Below are positions 7,748-13,314 of a stretch of DNA of 13,314 nucleotides, in pieces (within the stretch, counting starts at the first letter, position 1; every line of letters starts with the position of its first letter). The notes under the pieces were generated by a model. It did no database searches. It was not told where the DNA came from and saw only the letters and a list, made by a program, of their open reading frames with translations. The translations under genes and the position numbers were made by a program. This DNA is from Hormoscilla sp. (GTDB lineage: Bacteria; Cyanobacteriota; Cyanobacteriia; Cyanobacteriales; Desertifilaceae), in assembly GCA_051439505.1 (NCBI GenBank), contig JBFRWI010000182.1, forward strand, positions 1 through 13,314, given 5' to 3'.

Positions 7748-7753
7748 ATTATA
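7748..7753 (-). promoter_or_regulatory. Candidate -10 box (TATAAT) for the S8 protease gene
   Basis: Perfect TATAAT on the minus strand about 48 nt upstream of ATG 7700; the region is AT-rich, so a chance match is possible. Confidence 0.35.
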
Positions 7754-7934
7754 CTAGCCCAGAAAAAATATTTCCGCGTAACAATACTTATTTTCTTACC
7801 TATCTTTGGAGAAAATTTATCGGTGCTAATACGCAGAATGTGGTAGTTAAAAATAGTGCCGTTGCCCGGAATTCCGCGCAGCGGCAATAGGGCCTTCTAT
7901 CTCACCAATCGCAGATCGCACAAAGGATTCCAAC

Positions 7935-7943
7935 TGCTATAGT
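7935..7943 (+). promoter_or_regulatory. Candidate extended -10 promoter (TGcTATAGT) for the thioredoxin-like gene
   Basis: TGn followed by TATAGT, about 41 nt upstream of ATG 7985. Confidence 0.4.
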
Positions 7944-7984
7944 ACGATCGTTACCAGTAAGCCGAATATCCCAAAGCTAGACTG

Positions 7985-8566
7985 ATGTCATTAACTCCTT
8001 CCACCATGTTGGCGCTGGGAACTAAAGCGCCGAATTTCCAACTGCCAGACGTAGTCTCCGGTCAAACCATCTCCCTTGACAGCTTTGCTGGCAAGAAGGG
8101 GTTGCTGGTGATGTTCATCTGCAAGCATTGTCCCTTTGTCAAGCATGTCCAAGCAGAATTGTCAAAAATTGGCAAAGACTATGCCTCTGCAAACCTGGGT
8201 ATCGTGGCCATCAGTGCTAACAACGCTGCCCAACACCCAGATGATGCACCGGACAAACTGAAGCAGATGGTCCAAGAACAAGAGTTTGTCTTTCCCCTCT
8301 GCTATGACGAAACTCAAGAGACGGCCAAAGCTTACACCGCCGCTTGTACGCCAGATTTCTTTTTGTTTGACTCCGACCAGCAACTGGTCTACCGAGGTCA
8401 GCTAGATGATAGCCGACCCAGTAACGGCCAACCTGTCACCGGTAAGGATTTGCGGGGGGCGATCGATGCGATCCTAGCAGATAAACCCGTCGCTCCAGAC
8501 CAGAAACCCAGCATTGGCTGCAATATTAAGTGGAAACCGGGGAACGAACCCCCATATTTCTCTTAA
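7985..8566 (+). CDS. Thioredoxin-family protein (AhpC/TSA, peroxiredoxin-like PRX_like1 type)
   Basis: 193 aa with LGTKAPNFQLPD, MFICKHCPFV (CxxC), AKAYTAACTPDFFLFD, YRGQLDDSRP and C-terminal PSIGCNIKW. Confidence 0.93.
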   Translation: MSLTPSTMLALGTKAPNFQLPDVVSGQTISLDSFAGKKGLLVMFICKHCPFVKHVQAELSKIGKDYASANLGIVAISANNAAQHPDDAPDKLKQMVQEQEFVFPLCYDETQETAKAYTAACTPDFFLFDSDQQLVYRGQLDDSRPSNGQPVTGKDLRGAIDAILADKPVAPDQKPSIGCNIKWKPGNEPPYFS

Positions 8567-8570
8567 ACCC

Positions 8571-8597
8571 AAAATCCCCCTGCGCAGGGGGAATTTT
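8571..8597. terminator. Probable bidirectional intrinsic terminator between convergent genes
   Basis: AAAATCCCCCTG-CG-CAGGGGGAATTTT: GC-rich hairpin with A/T tracts on both sides, between stops at 8566 (+) and 8611 (-). Confidence 0.8.
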
Positions 8598-8610
8598 GCT
8601 TTACTTCTGC

Positions 8611-9657
8611 CTATTTAACCGCTTTAACAGCATCGGATACCCAACCATCGAACTGCTGTTGATTTTTCTGCACCCACTCTTGGGCATGGCGACGTATATC
8701 TTCTGGGCTATCTTCACCATTATAAACGAGTTTTTGCTGAGCATTGGTATCGGCAAGGGGAATTTTAATCAGCTCAAACAAGCGTTTCGCTGCCGGGTTA
8801 GCATTTATAAATTCCTTGTTGGCCAGAATCCGGACTCTCTCTACCACAAACCCCAGGTTTTTCCCATCTACTGAAGTATCTTGTGTTGTCACTTTTCCCT
8901 GGGCTTTTGGTAAAGAGGTGAAGGGAACTTCTAACCAGATTGCATCTTTACCTGGTTCTAATACTACCGCTGCCCAGTGAGGTGTATAGCTGTAGTATAA
9001 AATTGGTTTTCCTTGTCGGTAGCGAGCCACCGTATCTATCAGTAGGGCATCGTATTGTCCTTGGTCATGTTCGACAGTGTCCCGTAATCCGTAAGCATCC
9101 AACTGATGCTCTATTACCAACTCGCAACCCCAACCTGGATTGCAACCGGTTAAGTTAGCTTTCCCATCCCCATCAGAATCGAAAAGTTTAGCAATTTGTG
9201 GATCTTTGAGCTGTTCTAAATTAGAGATATTGTATTGCTCGGCTGTTTTCCTATCGATTTGATAACTTTGTAAGGCGTTGTCAGTCAGCAATCCTACCCG
9301 CTGAAATTTCTGACTTCCACCATTATTTGTAAATAAATGTTGGTGCAATCTTTCCCAATGACAGCCGTATAAATCTAAATCACCATTGCTGACAGCAGCA
9401 TGTGCAATTGGAATGCTCAGTTGTTTGACAGCCTCAGTTTGGTAACCTAGCTTTTCCAAACCCATCTTAACTATTTCTGTCACAAATACACAATAGGTTG
9501 ACTCACTGGTACCAGAGCCTACTTTTACTCCGGCACCAGGCAGTCCCGCCTGAGGATCGCTTGTATACTGTGGAGATTGGCAAGCAATTAAACCACCCAC
9601 CAACAAGGCAGCTACTCCTGTACCAATCATCAACATTTTTAGCATTTGTTGTTTCAT
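8611..9657 (-). CDS. proX: Glycine betaine/L-proline ABC transporter substrate-binding lipoprotein ProX
   Basis: 348 aa. Basic N-terminus, hydrophobic stretch and LIAC lipobox. ProX hallmark AKLFDSDGDGKANLTGCNPGWGCELVIEHQLDAYGLRDTVEH, plus GKPILYYSYTPHW, WLEVPF and ANPAAKRLFE. Confidence 0.92.
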   Translation of the reverse strand: MKQQMLKMLMIGTGVAALLVGGLIACQSPQYTSDPQAGLPGAGVKVGSGTSESTYCVFVTEIVKMGLEKLGYQTEAVKQLSIPIAHAAVSNGDLDLYGCHWERLHQHLFTNNGGSQKFQRVGLLTDNALQSYQIDRKTAEQYNISNLEQLKDPQIAKLFDSDGDGKANLTGCNPGWGCELVIEHQLDAYGLRDTVEHDQGQYDALLIDTVARYRQGKPILYYSYTPHWAAVVLEPGKDAIWLEVPFTSLPKAQGKVTTQDTSVDGKNLGFVVERVRILANKEFINANPAAKRLFELIKIPLADTNAQQKLVYNGEDSPEDIRRHAQEWVQKNQQQFDGWVSDAVKAVK

Positions 9658-9661
9658 AAGT

Positions 9662-9940
9662 CATCTGATGCTCTATCGTTAACTCGCAACCAAGGTCAGC
9701 TGTTAAGTTAGTTTTCCCATCTCCATCTGAATCGAAAAGCTTTGCTCGGGATCGCTGCTCTCAATTAGATCTTTTCTATTGCTCGGCGGTTTTCTTATCG
9801 ATCTGATAACCTTGTAAAGCATTCTCAATGAGCACTCCTACCAGCTGTAATTTCCGATCGCCACCATTATTTTCAAAGAATGTGTTGTGCAATCTTTCCC
9901 AATGGCTCCCGTATAGATCTCAATCTCCATTGCTGACGGT
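9662..9940 (-). pseudogene. proX: Decayed internal fragment of a second proX paralogue
   Basis: Manual translation from 9940: TVSNGD*DLYGSHWERLHNTFFENNGGDRKLQLVGVLIENALQGYQIDKKTAEQ*KRSN*EQRSRAKLFDSDGDGKTNLTADLGCELTIEHQM. Collinear with AVSNGDLDLYGCHWERLH...GCELVIEHQL of the intact proX (about 9100-9395), with 3 in-frame stops and small deletions. Confidence 0.92.
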
Positions 9941-10076
9941 CTAATCTAGCGCATTCGCTTTTCTTCAACATGGGCCACATCTTCATCATCAATATAGAGC
10001 CGCTCTTACGGTCGATCGGGCTGTTGATGCCAGGCACTAAGGTTTACTTTTCCGAACCAGATAACCCGATCGCCAC
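9941..10076 (-). pseudogene. proV: Decayed fragment of a ProV-type ABC ATPase (Walker A region)
   Basis: Manual translation from 10076: VAIGLSGSEK*TLVPGINSPIDRKSG, frameshift, then YIDDEDVAHVEEKRMR*I. This matches the ProV/OpuAA consensus VIMGLSGSGKSTLVR.INRLI.PT.G.I.IDG.DI......LR..R. Confidence 0.8.
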
Positions 10077-10086
10077 TTTTTGGGTT

Positions 10087-10211
10087 TAAGCTGTCGCGCC
10101 TTAATTACATATTGAAAAATGGGGCCATCTGGGTGTCGGAAACGCTTATGGGTAGGATTACCACTATTTTACCCGACAGCCAAATATGCAGTTAAGATAG
10201 GCGACAGCTTA
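10087..10211. mobile_element. 125-bp MITE-like element with terminal inverted repeats
   Basis: Perfect 11-bp TIRs TAAGCTGTCGC (10087-10097) and GCGACAGCTTA (10201-10211), extending imperfectly inward (cttaattacatatt vs cttaactgcatatt). TA at both ends; no ORF. Confidence 0.7.
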
Positions 10212-10232
10212 GACTTTCATCATCGCGCTTTT

Positions 10233-11369
10233 TTAATTGTTGAGCGCTTTCCGCATTTTTTCAGAGATTCCTATCCCATTCGGTAATTCTACTGATACCG
10301 TAGCTAGATGCTCAATTCCATGGGCTTCTGCCACCTCCAATATTGCTAGATTTATGTCTTTCTCCGCGTCAAAGTATAACCAACCGTCATTATTCTTTGC
10401 CATGATCTGAAACACGCGAGCATTTCCTTCTATCTTCACAAACCGAACTATTATACTCTTAGGATCCAAACCCTTGATCTGCTCGATCTTTTCTTTTAGT
10501 TCTTTAATGATTGTTGCAGATTTATTTGCCGAAATACTGTCGATTTTGAAATCATTGACAATCCCCCACTCCTCTTCATCCCCCCTGTTTTGCGACCAAT
10601 TGTCTACAATACCCGTAATCATTCTTGAATTGGGCATTTTGACGATCGAACCCCACTGCGAATTATACAACTTTGAAGTTCTTAAGCCAATTTCTAGCAC
10701 CTGAACGAACCCTACTCCCGACAGAAACGCCCAGTCACCGGGTTTATACAAACCATCCACGAAGATAACGATCGTGCAAAACCAGTCATAGACAATATCT
10801 TTCAGGATCAAACCTACAGCTATACCCGCGCCACCTAATAAAGCTAGGAGGGCTGCTGCTGCATCTCCCAATAAGGTATTTGATGCCTTGATCAGAAACA
10901 CCACCACTGCTGCTATCCGCAACAGCTTCGGCACATAGGGAACAAACAAATCATCCAAGTCCGTATTAGTTTTGCTCGTTAGCCTCTTCACTATCTGACC
11001 CAATACTGGAGCAGCACGGTAACCAATAGAGCAGATAATGAAGACAATCCCTATTTCGATAATCTTGTTTATTATCTCGTTCAATTGAGGACTTAGATTA
11101 CCTGCCATAATCAACTGTACGACCCCAAGTCCCCCCAGTAAAAACAACCAGCCTAAGGGTTGCTTCAGAATATCAATCAACTGATCGTCCAGGTCTGTTT
11201 CCGTCTTTTGAGTCAGACCTTCGAGGCGGTTGACCACAATTGCGATGAACACTTTGCGCAACATCAACGTTAACAGGATCACCACCGCTACTATAATTAT
11301 TTTTCCCAGCGGTATGTTACCAACATTAATGCTTTGAATTGTTTGTATTACCTGCAAAACTTGTTCCAT
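10233..11369 (-). CDS. MscS-family mechanosensitive channel, paralogue A (378 aa; start revised from 11504 to 11369)
   Basis: Several TM segments, LLGGAGIAVGL pore helix, YKPGD, VLEIGLRTSKL and VKMPNS...IVDNWS MscS signatures. AGGAG-N8-ATG at 11369, and the N-terminus aligns with paralogue B (MEQVLQVIQTIQ vs MEKLLQEIKTIQ). Confidence 0.9.
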   Translation of the reverse strand: MEQVLQVIQTIQSINVGNIPLGKIIIVAVVILLTLMLRKVFIAIVVNRLEGLTQKTETDLDDQLIDILKQPLGWLFLLGGLGVVQLIMAGNLSPQLNEIINKIIEIGIVFIICSIGYRAAPVLGQIVKRLTSKTNTDLDDLFVPYVPKLLRIAAVVVFLIKASNTLLGDAAAALLALLGGAGIAVGLILKDIVYDWFCTIVIFVDGLYKPGDWAFLSGVGFVQVLEIGLRTSKLYNSQWGSIVKMPNSRMITGIVDNWSQNRGDEEEWGIVNDFKIDSISANKSATIIKELKEKIEQIKGLDPKSIIVRFVKIEGNARVFQIMAKNNDGWLYFDAEKDINLAILEVAEAHGIEHLATVSVELPNGIGISEKMRKALNN

Positions 11370-11547
11370 CTTCCATGCTCCTCTTTTCCAAGCTAGAATC
11401 ACCACATTTTTTTCACCGGTCAATTCCATACCAGTTTCTCTACTGACCGGTAGTGCTCTTGACTGGGTCTTGAGCACAGCTTTTCGGGTCGTGTCACTTG
11501 ACATCCACCAATATACAATATTTTATCATGGGTGTCAAGTGACAGGA

Positions 11548-11651
11548 TAAGCAATTCACAATTTAAAAAGTCAAAATTCAAAATGGGGAAACCCATTGAG
11601 GTCAAGGCTTTCAGAAGATCTGCCGTAGCAATTTCAATGCGCGACAGCTTA
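11548..11651. repeat. Degenerate relative of the 10087-10211 inverted-repeat element
   Basis: Right end GCGACAGCTTA (11641-11651) is identical to the first element's TIR. Left end TAAGCAATTCACAATTTAAA is only a partial inverse. Both elements have an internal AAAATGGGG. Confidence 0.5.
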
Positions 11652-11968
11652 TGATGGTTGGTGATTTTTGCGGGTTTACTAATTGCGTATACCTATACCT
11701 ATAAGTATACTAAGCCTGTAGCGCTAGATAATCTATATAACCATATATAGATATTTTTTACCCACTTTCTGCACCACAAGTTGTAACACGCTCAGTAATA
11801 CGTAATTGATCTTTCAGATTACCATTGCACGACTTTTTGTAATACGTACTATGTCTGAAAATTTAGCAAAAGGAACGTATATTTATTTATACGGATATGA
11901 GCTTTTAGGTTTGTTTGCATCACAAGCTTTTTGGGTGTTGCACATTTTATATTTTCCATTTTTCATTA

Positions 11969-13105
11969 TCAATTCATCTCGATCGCTTGCATAGCTTGCT
12001 GATAACTTTCGGGCTCAGTTCTGAGCAATACATTCAGGTTTTTTACACCTTCAGTAGCTAGGATATCTAATATAACTAAATTCAACTCTTTTTCGGTCTC
12101 GAAGTATAAGCTAATATCATTAACATAAGTCCTAACTTTGAGCACGCGAGCATTACCTTCAATTCCCGAAAAACGCAACAGAAAACTATCCGACACGGCT
12201 TTTATAGACTTAATTTTTTCTTGAAGTTTTTCGCAAATAATTGCCGTCTTTTCTGCTGATATTCCGTCAATATTGAGCGTTAATAAAATCCCCCACTCCA
12301 TCTCTTGGCCTCTATTTTGGGTCCAATTTTCAACAACGCCATCAATCATTTTTGAATTAGGCATTTTAATTATCGCCGCCGTGTTAGCGATAAATAACTT
12401 TGTCGTTCTTAAGCCAATCTCTTCCACCTTAATGAATCCCGATATTCCCGATATCATTATCGTGTCACCAGGTCGATACAAATCATCTATGTAGATAATG
12501 ATCGCACAACACCAGTCATAGATAATGTCTTTTAATAGCAGACCTAATGCCACTCCCGCACCACCCAGCAAACCAATGATGGCATTTGCTGATGTTCCCA
12601 ACAATACTTCGGCAGACTTAATTAAAACTAAAGCTATTGCTGCTGTCTGAAATATCTTGGGTAGATATGGAACTAGCAAATCATCTAGTTCTGTTTCCGT
12701 TTTTAGTGTTAAGTTTTTGAGCACTTCTCCAAAAAGTGGAGAAGCCCTGTAAATAATATATGACACTATAAATATAGCCAGCAAGCCAATAACGTCGCTG
12801 ATTTTCTCATTTACTTGCTCGCTGAGATCGTTTCCCAAAACTTGCTGCACTACCCACAGTCCTGCTAAGAAAACCAACCAACCCAGCGGTTGTTTCAAAA
12901 TATCGATCAACCGATCGTCTATCTCCGTTTCCGTGTTTTTAGTCATTGCTTCGATGCGATTGACAACAACGGCTATAAACACTTGCCGGAACACCAGCGT
13001 CAGAATAATAATTATCCCCACGATAATTATTTCCGATCCTGTTAGGCCCAGACTCTCAATAATACCATTTTGAATTGTTTTAATTTCCTGCAACAATTTT
13101 TCCAT
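11969..13105 (-). CDS. MscS-family mechanosensitive channel, paralogue B (378 aa; start revised from 13144 to 13105)
   Basis: LLGGAGVALGL, YRPGD, VEEIGLRTTKL and IKMPNS...VVENWT signatures. AGGAG-N8-ATG at 13105. Collinear with paralogue A. Confidence 0.9.
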   Translation of the reverse strand: MEKLLQEIKTIQNGIIESLGLTGSEIIIVGIIIILTLVFRQVFIAVVVNRIEAMTKNTETEIDDRLIDILKQPLGWLVFLAGLWVVQQVLGNDLSEQVNEKISDVIGLLAIFIVSYIIYRASPLFGEVLKNLTLKTETELDDLLVPYLPKIFQTAAIALVLIKSAEVLLGTSANAIIGLLGGAGVALGLLLKDIIYDWCCAIIIYIDDLYRPGDTIMISGISGFIKVEEIGLRTTKLFIANTAAIIKMPNSKMIDGVVENWTQNRGQEMEWGILLTLNIDGISAEKTAIICEKLQEKIKSIKAVSDSFLLRFSGIEGNARVLKVRTYVNDISLYFETEKELNLVILDILATEGVKNLNVLLRTEPESYQQAMQAIEMN

Positions 13106-13314
13106 CGTTTCTTCTCCTCTTGAGCAATACAGATCGTCCGGCATGAGTTGGCTTAACTAGCGGTGAGCGAGCAGCGAACAATAACCAACGTGAGTTCGAC
13201 GGATGGGAAAACCCTGATTTCTCATCCGGTTGAAAATGCCTCAAACCCGCATGATTGCGTTCGGGAGATCCCCAACTACGAACTACGAACCGCGCAGCGT
13301 TGCGAGGTACGTTA

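Noticed and set aside
9662..9940. Stop-codon readthrough or recoding (TGA/TAG) in the proX-like fragment
   Set aside because: It also has deletions removing the conserved CNPGW motif and lacks both termini, so pseudogene decay is the simpler explanation.
11370..11504. 45-aa N-terminal extension of mscS-A (and the 13-aa extension of mscS-B, 13106-13144)
   Set aside because: The downstream ATGs have matching AGGAG-N8 sites, align with each other and give equal lengths; the extensions are not homologous.
11687..11710. GTATAC-CTATAC-CTATAA-GTATAC hexamer run as a regulator site
   Set aside because: Low-complexity AT-rich context and no match to NtcA (GTA-N8-TAC) or another consensus I can support.

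Overview
This window is from a cyanobacterial chromosome, probably a filamentous Oscillatoriales-type organism. That is an inference from about nine perfect HIP1 octamers (GCGATCGC), many CGATCG cores and AGAAACCGGGTTTCT-type intergenic repeats. From left to right: (1) the 5' part of an AbrB/MazE-type DNA-binding gene running off the left edge, absent from the ORF track; (2) an Rpn-like/PD-(D/E)XK-like gene bracketed by two 86-bp direct-repeat elements and carrying an internal AGGAG-N6-ATG that could produce a 106-aa in-frame C-terminal protein; (3) a 1994-aa kexin/furin-like S8 protease with an extra P-domain-like module inside its catalytic domain, followed by P, Calx-beta, DUF11-like, an unassigned domain, beta-helix repeats and a C-terminal beta-sandwich; (4) a divergent CxxC thioredoxin/peroxiredoxin-like gene and a bidirectional terminator; (5) a minus-strand osmoregulation cluster: two tandem MscS-family paralogues (both 378 aa from SD-supported starts), a MITE-like inverted-repeat element, an unannotated decayed proV fragment fused by deletion to a decayed proX fragment, and an intact orphan proX. 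All family calls are from motif recognition by eye; no database searches were run.
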